This document shows, in pieces, positions 34,066-42,788 of a stretch of DNA of 64,000 nucleotides. The DNA is from Actinomycetota bacterium (GTDB lineage Bacteria; Actinomycetota; Thermoleophilia; Solirubrobacterales; Thermoleophilaceae), in contig JBKPME010000070.1 in NCBI GenBank assembly GCA_046731915.1, positions 13,560 to 77,559 of the forward strand. The letters run 5' to 3'. A program made the translations under genes and the position numbers. Each line of letters starts with the position of its first letter. Positions within the stretch are counted from its first letter, which is position 1. A model generated the notes under the pieces. It did not search any database, was not told the DNA's origin, and saw nothing but the letters and a program-made list of their open reading frames with translations.

Positions 34066-35862
34066 ATGGAGGAGCGCTCTGACCTGCTGCGCGTGGCTCT
34101 CGCGCAGATCAACCCGACGGTCGGCGACATCGGCGGCAACGCCCGCAAGATCTCCGACCAGATCGCGCGCGCCCGTGACGAGGGCGCCGCGCTCGTCGTG
34201 TTCCCCGAGCTCACGCTGAGCGGCTATCCGCCGGAGGACCTCCTGCTGAAGACCAGTTTCCTCGACGCCGCCCGCGCCGCGCTGCGCGAGCTGGCGGCCG
34301 AGACGCGCGACATCGTCGCGATGGTGGGCTATCCCGAGCAGGCCGAGGACGTCTACAACACGGCCGCTGTGCTCGCCGACGGCGACGTGGTGGCCACCTA
34401 CCGCAAGATGTACCTGCCGAACTACGGGGTGTTCGACGAGCAGCGTTACTTCCAGTCCGGCGCCGAGGCCGCGATCGTCGAGGTGAACGGTGTGCCGATC
34501 GGTCTCAGCATCTGCGAGGACATCTGGGAGCCCGGCCCGCCCGCGATGAGCGAGGCGCTCGCCGGGGCGCAGGTGATCGTGAACCTTTCCGCCTCGCCGT
34601 ACCGCGCCGGGTACGGCGCTCGCCGCGAGCGGATGCTCGTGCAGCGGGCCGTCGACTACCTGGCCGCCGTCGTCTTTGTGAACACGATCGGCGGCCAGGA
34701 CGAGCTGGTCTTCGACGGTCACAGCCTCGCGATCGACCAGGACGGCCAGGTGCTCGCCCGCGCCCCCCAGTTCGAGGAGTCGCTCACGTTCTGCACCATC
34801 GACCCGCGCGCGATCGCTGCAGCGCGACTGCGCGACACCCGCCACCGGGTGAATGTCCGCCGCCAGCGCCGCGCCGTCCCGATTGCCGAGCCGGCCGTGT
34901 TCACGCTGGCGAGCGTGAGCACCGAGCCCGTGAGCGACACCCAGGTCGTGTCGGGCGAGCTGGCCGGCACACTCAGTCCGGACGCCGAAATATACGCCGC
35001 GCTGCGCACCGGGCTGCGCGACTACGTGGAGAAGAACGGCTTCGAGCACGTGGTGATCGCGCTGTCGGGCGGCATCGACTCGGCGCTCGCCGCACTGCTG
35101 GCGGCCGATGCGCTCGGGCCGGAGCGGGTCACGTGCGTCTCGATGCCGTCCCCCTACTCGAGCGAGGGCACACGCGCGGACGCGCGCGCGGTCGCGGAGA
35201 ACCTGGGCGTCGATTTCCGCGAGATCGCGATCGAGGATGCGATGGGCGCATATGACGAACTGCTCCGCGAGGCGTTCGAGGGCCGCGAGCCCGACGTGGC
35301 CGAGGAGAACATCCAGGCGCGCATTCGCGGCAACGTCGTCATGGCGCTGTCGAACAAGTTCGGCTGGCTTGTGCTGGCGACCGGGAACAAGTCCGAGCTG
35401 TCCGTCGGCTACGCGACGCTGTACGGCGACATGGCTGGCGGGTTCGCGGTGCTGAGGGACGTCTACAAGGGGCAGGTCTACCGCCTGGTGCGGTGGCGGA
35501 ACGAGCAGGCGGGCCGTGAGCTCGTACCGGGCTCGGTGCTCGAGCGTCCGCCGTCCGCCGAGCTCCGTTACGAGCAGCGCGACGACGAGTCGCTCCCACC
35601 CTACGAGCTGCTCGACCAGATCCTCGAGGGCTACATCGAGGAGGACCTCGACGCGGCGGAGCTGGTGCACCGCGGCCTCTCGGCGGCCGACGTCGAGCGC
35701 GTGATCCGCATGGTCGATCGGGCGGAGTACAAGCGCCGCCAGGCGCCTCCGGGAATCAAGATCTCGACGAAGGCGTTCGGGCGCGACCGGCGGCTGCCGA
35801 TCACGAACCGTTACGAGTCGACCGCCGAGCCGGCCGAGCGCCGCCTGCGGGCACTGAAGTAG
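34066..35862 (+). CDS. nadE: glutamine-dependent NAD+ synthetase (CN-hydrolase and NAD synthase domains)
   Basis: LRVALAQINPTVGD, the ICED catalytic Cys region, LSGGIDS P-loop and TGNKSE. Starts 4 nt after the fusion gene stop. Confidence 0.9.
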   Translation: MEERSDLLRVALAQINPTVGDIGGNARKISDQIARARDEGAALVVFPELTLSGYPPEDLLLKTSFLDAARAALRELAAETRDIVAMVGYPEQAEDVYNTAAVLADGDVVATYRKMYLPNYGVFDEQRYFQSGAEAAIVEVNGVPIGLSICEDIWEPGPPAMSEALAGAQVIVNLSASPYRAGYGARRERMLVQRAVDYLAAVVFVNTIGGQDELVFDGHSLAIDQDGQVLARAPQFEESLTFCTIDPRAIAAARLRDTRHRVNVRRQRRAVPIAEPAVFTLASVSTEPVSDTQVVSGELAGTLSPDAEIYAALRTGLRDYVEKNGFEHVVIALSGGIDSALAALLAADALGPERVTCVSMPSPYSSEGTRADARAVAENLGVDFREIAIEDAMGAYDELLREAFEGREPDVAEENIQARIRGNVVMALSNKFGWLVLATGNKSELSVGYATLYGDMAGGFAVLRDVYKGQVYRLVRWRNEQAGRELVPGSVLERPPSAELRYEQRDDESLPPYELLDQILEGYIEEDLDAAELVHRGLSAADVERVIRMVDRAEYKRRQAPPGIKISTKAFGRDRRLPITNRYESTAEPAERRLRALK

Positions 35863-37215
35863 GTGCGTTCCCCGGTCTGGGGAGTCGCGCTGTCGCTGCC
35901 GCTCGCCGGCCTGCTCCTGATCCTCGCCGCGCCGAGCGCCGATGTCCACTGGGAGCACCACCCGTCGCATTTCTGGCTGGTGCTCGTCACCGCGGCTATC
36001 AGCACCACGCTCGCGTTCGCCACGAGCGGCATCGCACTGCGGCGAGCGGACGCCCGCCTGTTCCTGGTCTCGCTGTCCTTCCTCTCCGCAGCGGGATTCC
36101 TAGCCCTCCACGCCCTCGCCACGCCCGGTGTGCTCCTGGACGGACCGAACGAAGGTTTCACGATCGCGACTCCCGTGGGGCTTTTGTTGTCGGCCGCATT
36201 CGCTGGATGGTCGGCGCTGCCGCTGCCGCCGCAGCGCGCGCAGGCGGTGGTGCGGCACGCCCAGCTGCTTCGCGGCGCACTGATCGCCGTGATGGTGGCC
36301 TGGGCCGTCGTCTCGCTCGGCGACGTGCCTCCGCTCGATGACCCCACCCCGGTCGAGCGCGCGAGCGGAGGGCTCATATCGCTCGCGGTGCTCGCCGTCA
36401 TCCCATATGCCTTCGCGGCGTGGCGGTACGCCACCATGGCGTTTCGCACCGGCGCGCCGCTGCTCCTCGCCGTCGCCAGCGCGTTCACGCTGCTCGCCGA
36501 GGCGATGATCGCCGTGGCCCTCGCACGCAGCTGGCACGCCAGCTGGTGGGAGTGGCACGTGCTGATGCTGATCGGGTTCGGTGCGATCGCCTACAGCGCC
36601 CAGCGCGAGGACGGCGAGGAGCGCTTCAGCGACCTCTACCTCGACCAGACCGCCGCCGGCAAGCGCGAGGTGAGCGTGATGTTCGCCGACCTTGAGGGTT
36701 TCACGTCATTCGCCGAGGGGCGCGATCCGCGCGAGGTGCAAGCGATGCTGAACAGCTACCTCCGCGTGGCGATCCCGCCGATCGTGCAGCAGCATGGCGG
36801 CGAGATCGACCGCCTGATCGGCGACGCGATCATGGCCACCTGGGGCACGCGCGGCGACCAGCCGGACCATGCGCGCCGCGCGGTCGATGCGGCCCTCGCG
36901 GTCCAGCGGGAGACTGGCCGCATCGCCACCGAGCATCCCGGGTGGCCCCGCTTCCGAGCGGCAGTGAACACCGGTGAGGCGCTGGTCGGCGTGCTCGGCG
37001 CGGAGAGCGGCCGGAGCTACACGGTGATCGGGGACACGGTCAACCTCGCCGCGCGGCTCGAGGCGCAGGCGCCGGCCGGGCGGGTCGTGATCGGCGCGGC
37101 CACGCTGCGGGCCCTGCCGGGCGTGCGGGTCGAGGCCCTCGAAGGACTGCACGTGAAGGGCCGCCGCGAAAGCGTCGACGCCTACCTCGTGGGCGGCGAA
37201 CGGGGTCAGGCTTAA
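35863..37215 (+). CDS. membrane-anchored class III adenylate/guanylate cyclase
   Basis: GTG directly abuts the nadE TAG. About 7 TM segments, then VSVMFADLEGFTSF...GDAIMATWG...VNTGEALVG...YTVIGDTVNLAARL. Confidence 0.85.
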   Translation: MRSPVWGVALSLPLAGLLLILAAPSADVHWEHHPSHFWLVLVTAAISTTLAFATSGIALRRADARLFLVSLSFLSAAGFLALHALATPGVLLDGPNEGFTIATPVGLLLSAAFAGWSALPLPPQRAQAVVRHAQLLRGALIAVMVAWAVVSLGDVPPLDDPTPVERASGGLISLAVLAVIPYAFAAWRYATMAFRTGAPLLLAVASAFTLLAEAMIAVALARSWHASWWEWHVLMLIGFGAIAYSAQREDGEERFSDLYLDQTAAGKREVSVMFADLEGFTSFAEGRDPREVQAMLNSYLRVAIPPIVQQHGGEIDRLIGDAIMATWGTRGDQPDHARRAVDAALAVQRETGRIATEHPGWPRFRAAVNTGEALVGVLGAESGRSYTVIGDTVNLAARLEAQAPAGRVVIGAATLRALPGVRVEALEGLHVKGRRESVDAYLVGGERGQA

Positions 37216-37276
37216 GCAGCAGCGAACGGGGTCAGGCTGAAGCCTGACCCCGTTCTGCTTAAGCCTGACCCCGTTC
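37198..37276. repeat. 79-bp nested palindrome (two direct plus two inverted copies of GAACGGGGTCAGGCT); candidate bidirectional terminator embracing both stop codons
   Basis: Forward copies at 37198-37212 and 37224-37238, reverse copies at 37241-37255 and 37262-37276. The outer 22-mers GAACGGGGTCAGGCTTAAGCAG (37198-37219) and CTGCTTAAGCCTGACCCCGTTC (37255-37276) are exact reverse complements. Confidence 0.75.
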
Positions 37277-37672
37277 CGGCCTGATCGCGATCGTCACCCG
37301 CGAGGCCGCGCACAGCCGCTCCTCGTCGTCGGTGAAGCGGATGTCCCAGACCCACGAGGTCCTGCCGCGGTGGATCGGCGTCCCCTCTGCATGCACCGAC
37401 CCTTCCGTGACAGGGCGGAAGAAGTGGTTGTCGTTCGCCTGCCCGACGGCGATGTTGCCGTCGCCGGAGACGGCGTTGAACGTCGCCAGCGAGGCCGCCG
37501 ACTCCGCGAGCGCCATGTACGCGCCGCCGTGTACGAGCCCGAACGGCTGCTGCACGCGCTTCTCGGCGGCGAAGCGCGCCTTGATCCGCTCGGCGCTCGC
37601 CTCGAGCAGCTCGAACCCGAGCACGTCGTCCAGCGTGCCCGGTGCCGGGTACTGGTCAACCGGGGAATCCAC
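37259..37672 (-). CDS. PaaI-family hotdog-fold thioesterase
   Basis: GTG start VDSPVDQ.... QPFGLVHGGAYMALAES...VGQANDNHFFRPV...HRGRTSWVW are typical PaaI motifs. Confidence 0.75.
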   Translation of the reverse strand: MDSPVDQYPAPGTLDDVLGFELLEASAERIKARFAAEKRVQQPFGLVHGGAYMALAESAASLATFNAVSGDGNIAVGQANDNHFFRPVTEGSVHAEGTPIHRGRTSWVWDIRFTDDEERLCAASRVTIAIRPERGQA

Positions 37673-37701
37673 CAGGGCGGGCACACTACAGTTCGCCCCG
37701 A

Positions 37702-38670
37702 ATGGCCACGTTCGACCAGCTTTCGCCTGAGCAGAGGGCGATCGTCGAGCTCGTGCTCCGCCAGGGGAAGACGTACAACGAGCTCGCGGACATGCTGAAC
37801 CTGCCCGAGGCGCGCGTGCGCGAGCTGGCGCGCGACGCACTGGTCGAGCTAGCCCCGGTCAGCGTGCGCGGCGTCGAGGAGGACTGGCGCGGCCAGCTTG
37901 CGGACTACGTGCTGGGCCAGCAGTCAGGCCCGGAGGCGACCGCGACGAAGGGCCACCTGAGGCGCTCGGAGGCCGCCCGGAGCTGGGCGCGCTCGCTGCT
38001 CGACTCGCTGGACCAGTTCTACTCGAACGGCTCAGTGCCGGCGATCCCGGAGGGCGAGCGGAGACCGAGGCGCGCGGCGCCCACCGATCGCGAGCCCTCC
38101 TCGCGGGCCGGCCTCGCCCCGGTGGGCGATCCAGTCATGCGGCGCAGGGTGCTGGCGGCGGCCGGGGCTCTCCTCGTGCTCCTTTTGATCGTGCTCGTAT
38201 GGCCGGTCGGCTTGCTCACCGGCGATGACAACTCGAGCAGCGCAGACCAGTCAGGCGCCGCGAGCACCAGCGGCCAGAGCCGCCAGACATCCACAAACGG
38301 GGCACCGGCCGGCATCGCCATCGTCGTCCAGCGAAACGGCAAGAAGCAACTGCTCGTGCAGGCGGCGAACCTCTCGCCGAGCGGGCAGAGCGAGGGCTAC
38401 TACGTCTGGCTCTACAACAGCCCGGACGACGCCAAGTCGCTCGGGGGACAGGTGACCGACCAGCAGGGCAACTACCAGGCGCTGGGCGGCTTCCCCGCCG
38501 ACTACCAGAACTACAAGTACATCGACATCTCGCGCCAGCAGATCGGAAAGGACCCGAACGTCAAGCACTCGGGCGACTCGGTCCTGCGCGGCCCGATGCC
38601 GAAGCTTCGGACGTCGACCTCGAACAAGGCGGCAGCGATCGGCCAGACGGTGCTGAAGCCGCCGGCGTAG
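37702..38670 (+). CDS. membrane protein: sigma-70 region-4-like HTH, single TM, and anti-sigma-K RskA-type extracytoplasmic domain
   Basis: N-terminus LSPEQRAIVELVLRQGKTYNELADMLNLPEARVRELARDAL (region 4.2 pattern), TM VLAAAGALLVLLLIVLVWPV, and C-terminus GYYVWLYNSPDDAKSLG...YIDISRQ (RskA_C-like YxlWl...slG pattern). Confidence 0.65.
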   Translation: MATFDQLSPEQRAIVELVLRQGKTYNELADMLNLPEARVRELARDALVELAPVSVRGVEEDWRGQLADYVLGQQSGPEATATKGHLRRSEAARSWARSLLDSLDQFYSNGSVPAIPEGERRPRRAAPTDREPSSRAGLAPVGDPVMRRRVLAAAGALLVLLLIVLVWPVGLLTGDDNSSSADQSGAASTSGQSRQTSTNGAPAGIAIVVQRNGKKQLLVQAANLSPSGQSEGYYVWLYNSPDDAKSLGGQVTDQQGNYQALGGFPADYQNYKYIDISRQQIGKDPNVKHSGDSVLRGPMPKLRTSTSNKAAAIGQTVLKPPA

Positions 38671-38852
38671 TTCCCCTCCTTGTCTCCTCGCCTCGGGGCG
38701 AAGGACCGCATTGAGGGAGAGCCCGTCCTCCGTATGGCCGCTACCTGCGGCAGACGGCAGCCAAGCGTCCTACCTAATGGTTGGATAGCAACCGCTATCC
38801 AGCACACTTCGGCCGCACGGCCGACCCGGAATCCCAGACCCCTCACCGGTCA

Positions 38853-38897
38853 GGTGGTTGGTATACGGTGCGTTTTCCGCCCCGTATCCCAACCACC
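38853..38897. repeat. 45-nt palindromic intergenic element, copy 1
   Basis: GGTGGTTGGTATACGGTGCGTTTTCCGCCCCGTATCCCAACCACC. It matches the reverse complement of 51039-51083 at most positions, including the loop GCGTTTTCCGC. Confidence 0.75.
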
Positions 38898-38997
38898 TCA
38901 ACGTGAAGGACCCGGCCGCGCGGCCGGCGGGGCGCGCGCGAGACTTACGGCCGCGCGCCCGCCGGAGGAACGAGCCGTGAGGGATGCTGCTCCGTGC

Positions 38998-40614
38998 CTA
39001 CGGCAGCAGCTTTCCGGGGTTCATGATCCCGGCTGGGTCGAGCCGCTCCTTGGCTGCGCGCAGCACTTCGATACCGAGCTCTCCGGTCTCGGCCGTTATC
39101 CACTGTCGGTGGTCGCGTCCGATCGCGTGATGGTGGGTGATCGTGCCGCCGTTCGACACGATCGCCTCGGAAGCTGCGGTCTTCGCCGCACGCCACTGGG
39201 CAAGCGCGTCCTCCTCCTGGCGCGCCATGAACGTGAAGTAGAGCGACGCGCCGGCCGCATAGAGGTGCGAGACGTGGCACATCACGAGCGGGGGCGTGCC
39301 GCGGCCTGACAGCGCGGACCGGAGCGCCTCGCGCACCGCCTCGTGGACGGTCAGGAGGTTCACCCAGTTGGTCGCCGTCTCGAGCGTGTCGACCAGCACT
39401 CCCCGGTCGAGCAGCTCGTCGCGCAGGTAGGGGGCGGCGTAGCGGCTGCGGTACCACGCGTCGCCGGGCCGGTGCCCGAGGGCGACGCCTCCCCCGGCCC
39501 GAAGCAGGCCCGCCGTGCGACGGCGGCGGTCCTCCACCTCTTCCTCCTCGCCCTCGAAGCCGAGGATGGCGAGGCAGCCGCCCTCGTGCCCGCGCATACG
39601 CAGATAGCGGCGCCCCAGCTTTTCGGCGGTGCCGCCCGAGGCCCCGATCGCCAGCGCCAGGCGAGTCTCGTCCTCGTCCGAGAGCCTGTTCACGTCGGCT
39701 GCCGCGCCGGCCTGCTCCATCACGCGGAACGCGTCACAACCCTCGGCGAAGCTCACGAATGACCAGCCCTCGTAGCGGCGCGCCTCGGGTGCCGGGCGTA
39801 CGCAGGCAGTCACCTCGGAGATGACGCCGAGCACGCCCTCCGAGCCCACCAGCAGCTCGCGCAGGCTCGGCCCGGCCGCCGATGCTGGCGCCGGCTTGGT
39901 CCCGAGCTCACCGGCGGGCGTCACGCAGCGCACGGCCTCGACGAGCTCGTCGATGCGCCCGTAGCCCGTCGACGCCTGGCCGGCGGAGCGCGTGGCCACC
40001 CATCCGCCCACAGTCGAGTACTCGAACGACTGCGGGAAGTGTCCCAGCGTCACGCCCTGCTCCCTGAGCCGCCGCTCCGCCTCGGGGCCGAGCAGCCCCG
40101 CGTCGAGGCGCGCCGTGAGCGAGGTGCGGTCCACCTCGACGGTGGACGACAACCGCGTCAGATCGAGGGAAATCGCCGCGGCGAAGCCGTCGCGCACGGG
40201 CTCCACCCCGCCCACCACGCTCGTGCCGCCGCCGAACGGGACGACGGCGACGCTGTGCTCGGCGCAGGCGCCCAGGACGGCCGCAATCTCCTCGGCCGAA
40301 CCAGGCTGCACCACGGCGTCCGGCGCACTCGAAGCGTCGCCCGCGCGAATGCGCACCAGGTCCGGATACGAGCGCCCGACTGCGTGCGCGACGCGCGTCT
40401 CGCGGTCGTCGCGCACGTGCTCGGCCCCCACGGCGCTGACCAGCCGCTCCCGCGCCGCCTCCGCAAGCTTCGGGTCGAGGACCGACACATGCTCGAACGG
40501 CACCGGCTGCTTGTGGACGCTCGGATCGGCGCCCAGCTCGTCGCGCAGCAGCGCCTCCGCCGCAGCCGGCAGGGGGACGGAATGCCCGTCCTCGCCCCAG
40601 CCCCACCAGCGCAT
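38998..40614 (-). CDS. FAD-linked oxidase (alkyl-DHAP-synthase/glycolate-oxidase-like)
   Basis: Internal start MRWWGWGEDGH. PCMH-type FAD domain (PDAVVQPGSAEEIAAVL...VVPFGGGTSVVGG) and C-terminal HHHAIGRDH. Confidence 0.85.
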   Translation of the reverse strand: MRWWGWGEDGHSVPLPAAAEALLRDELGADPSVHKQPVPFEHVSVLDPKLAEAARERLVSAVGAEHVRDDRETRVAHAVGRSYPDLVRIRAGDASSAPDAVVQPGSAEEIAAVLGACAEHSVAVVPFGGGTSVVGGVEPVRDGFAAAISLDLTRLSSTVEVDRTSLTARLDAGLLGPEAERRLREQGVTLGHFPQSFEYSTVGGWVATRSAGQASTGYGRIDELVEAVRCVTPAGELGTKPAPASAAGPSLRELLVGSEGVLGVISEVTACVRPAPEARRYEGWSFVSFAEGCDAFRVMEQAGAAADVNRLSDEDETRLALAIGASGGTAEKLGRRYLRMRGHEGGCLAILGFEGEEEEVEDRRRRTAGLLRAGGGVALGHRPGDAWYRSRYAAPYLRDELLDRGVLVDTLETATNWVNLLTVHEAVREALRSALSGRGTPPLVMCHVSHLYAAGASLYFTFMARQEEDALAQWRAAKTAASEAIVSNGGTITHHHAIGRDHRQWITAETGELGIEVLRAAKERLDPAGIMNPGKLLP

Positions 40615-41057
40615 CAGGATTCCCCCCCGAGCAGCTCGGCCAGCCCCTCGAGGGCTCCGTCGGCCTGCCGGCGCGCCGCGGCGCGCAGCTGGAAGGGGCT
40701 GAAGCGGGCCCAGCCGCGCGGGCGCTGGTCGAGCGTCAGGCGCACGACCGTGCCGCCCTCCGCGCGCGCGGCGAGCGCGATCTCCGTGGTCGATTCGGAC
40801 AACAGGCGCTCGAAGGGCGACTCGTCGACCTCGTGCCGCCACAGAACGCGCTCGGGCTCCTCCGCCTCGACGAGGCTGTAGTCCGCCCGGACGGACTTGC
40901 CGGCGGGTGAAACGAGCACGGTCGTCCACGCCTCGCCGCTCGCCTCCTCCACGCGCTTCACGCCCGGCCACCATGACGCGAGCCGCGTCGGGTCGCTCAC
41001 CACGCGCCACACCTCGGCGGGCGGCGCCGCGACCACGCGTTCGCGCCGGATCACCAT
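40614..41057 (-). CDS. SRPBCC-family protein
   Basis: MVIRRERVVAAPPAEVWRVVSDPTRLASWWPG. 1-nt stop/start overlaps on both sides (apt upstream, oxidase downstream). Confidence 0.75.
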   Translation of the reverse strand: MVIRRERVVAAPPAEVWRVVSDPTRLASWWPGVKRVEEASGEAWTTVLVSPAGKSVRADYSLVEAEEPERVLWRHEVDESPFERLLSESTTEIALAARAEGGTVVRLTLDQRPRGWARFSPFQLRAAARRQADGALEGLAELLGGES

Positions 41058-41578
41058 CACTCGTCGTCGACTACTACGAGCGAGCGCACCTCGAAGTCCC
41101 CGAGGCGCTCGCGACCGTTCAGGAAAGCCAACTCGATCACGAACGCGCATCCTGCCACGACGCCGCCCGCCTGCATTACGAGCTCGCAGAGCGCACGGGC
41201 GGTGCCTCCGGTCGCGAGCAGGTCGTCGTGCACCAGGACGCGCGCTCCGCCCGTGATCGCGTCCGAGTGAACCTCGAGCGCATCGACCCCGTACTCGAGC
41301 GCGTACTCCACCGACGAGACCTCGCGCGGCAGCCTCCCGGGCTTGCGCGCGAGGATGAAGCCGGCGTTCGCCGCCACCGCAACCGCAGCGCCGAGCACGA
41401 ACCCGCGCGCCTCGGCGGACACCACGTAATCCACCTCCCACTCGTGCGCCCATCCCGCGATCTGATCGACCGTGTACGAGAGCGCCTCCGCGTCGAGGAA
41501 CAGCGGCGTGATGTCCTTGAAGACGATTCCCCGCTTGGGGAAATCGGGGATGTCGTGGATGTAGTCCGCGAGGCGCAC
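41057..41578 (-). CDS. apt: adenine phosphoribosyltransferase
   Basis: IPDFPKRGIVFKDITPL and the PRPP loop VLVHDDLLATGGTA. Confidence 0.9.
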   Translation of the reverse strand: MRLADYIHDIPDFPKRGIVFKDITPLFLDAEALSYTVDQIAGWAHEWEVDYVVSAEARGFVLGAAVAVAANAGFILARKPGRLPREVSSVEYALEYGVDALEVHSDAITGGARVLVHDDLLATGGTARALCELVMQAGGVVAGCAFVIELAFLNGRERLGDFEVRSLVVVDDE

Positions 41579-41587
41579 GGAGCCGCG

Positions 41588-42322
41588 TCAGCGCGCGAGC
41601 TTCCGAAGGTCCCGGATCAAGAGCAGGTGCTTGAGATGGGACGCCACGGCGGCGAGGTTCTCGAGTGCCTCGACCGCCTCCTTGCGCCGCTCCGGGTTCC
41701 GCGAGCGGAGCGCCGGCGCGAGGATCTGCTCGAGGAGCGCCGCCTCGCGGTCGGCCGACGTGCGGAACACGCGCAGGTTGCGGCCGCCCACGCCGAAACG
41801 CTTCAGCTCGCCCACGGCGCGGATGATCTCGCGCTCGGTGTCGTCGTAGAAGGTCTCGCCGTCGCGACGCTCGCCCTTGATCACCCCGTAGTCCTCGAGC
41901 TCCTTCACGAGCGCCTGGTCGGCACCGGTCTCGTCGAGCACCTCCGAGATGCGATAGAGCGAGCCGGGGCCCCTGAGTGCGAAGCTGCGCCGCTTGGCGC
42001 CGCGGGTCTCGGAGGGCGACTCCGGCGTCGTGAGCTCGCTGTCAACTCGGCCGGCCGCGAGCTCTTGCCGGATCACGCGGAGGGGCAGGAACTCGTCGCG
42101 CTGAAGCCGGAGGATCGTGCGCAGGCGGTCCACGTCAGCGGGCGCGTACAGCCGGTAGCCGCCCGGAGTCCGGCGCGGCGTGAGCAGCTTCTGGTCCTCC
42201 AGGTAGCGGATCTTGGAGATCGAGATGTCGGGGAATTCGCGCTCGAGCTGCTTCGAGACGGCACCGATCGTGAGAGCCTTCTCCTTGCGCGGTGGCGGTT
42301 CGGTCCTGACCTCAGTGCTCAC
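41588..42322 (-). CDS. MerR-family transcriptional regulator (FtsR-like position downstream of the FHA gene)
   Basis: LTIGAVSKQLEREFPDISISKIRYLEDQKLLTPRRTPGGYRLY is a MerR HTH, and a second MerR-like half follows. GTGA overlap with the FHA gene stop. Confidence 0.8.
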   Translation of the reverse strand: MSTEVRTEPPPRKEKALTIGAVSKQLEREFPDISISKIRYLEDQKLLTPRRTPGGYRLYAPADVDRLRTILRLQRDEFLPLRVIRQELAAGRVDSELTTPESPSETRGAKRRSFALRGPGSLYRISEVLDETGADQALVKELEDYGVIKGERRDGETFYDDTEREIIRAVGELKRFGVGGRNLRVFRTSADREAALLEQILAPALRSRNPERRKEAVEALENLAAVASHLKHLLLIRDLRKLAR

Positions 42323-42786
42323 CGCTCCTCCAGGTAGGTCAGCTTGTACTTGCCGACCTGAAGCTCGTCGCCGTCCTGGAGACGGTGCGACTCGATCCGG
42401 CGGCGGTTCACATACGTCCCGTTCAGGGAGCCGAGGTCGTCGATGTAGAGCCCGTCACGGCGCCTCACGAGCAGCGCGTGGTTGCGCGACACCGTCACGT
42501 CGTCCAGGAACACCTCCGCGTCCGGGCTGCGCCCGATCGTGTTGCGCTCGCCGGTTAGGTTGAACGCCTCGCCCGAGCGGCCGCCCCCCGAGCGGATTAC
42601 GAGGGCGGCCCCCTCGTGCGTCATCTCGTCGAGGTCGACGGGACGGAGCTCGCCGGTCTCGTCCACCTGGTAGACCTCGGTGGTGTCGCCGCTCTTCGTC
42701 TCGGTCTGGTCGCCTAGGAAGGCCCCGCACTTCTGGCAGTAGTTCGCGCCCTCGGCGTTGGCGAAGCCGCACTCCGGGCAGTGCAT
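42319..42786 (-). CDS. FHA-domain protein with N-terminal zinc ribbon (GarA/OdhI-like)
   Basis: MHCPECGFANAEGANYCQKCG ribbon, a Thr-rich linker GDTTEVYQVDE, and an FHA core TIGRSPDAEVFLDDVTVSRNHA...SLNGTYVN. Confidence 0.85.
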   Translation of the reverse strand: MHCPECGFANAEGANYCQKCGAFLGDQTETKSGDTTEVYQVDETGELRPVDLDEMTHEGAALVIRSGGGRSGEAFNLTGERNTIGRSPDAEVFLDDVTVSRNHALLVRRRDGLYIDDLGSLNGTYVNRRRIESHRLQDGDELQVGKYKLTYLEER

Positions 42787-42788
42787 CG

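Noticed and set aside
32998-35970. 990-aa minus-strand ORF, the longest in the track.
   Set aside because: It is antisense to the fusion gene and nadE, both of which carry unambiguous catalytic motifs. Its product is low-complexity (R/A/G/V-rich) and has no recognisable domain.
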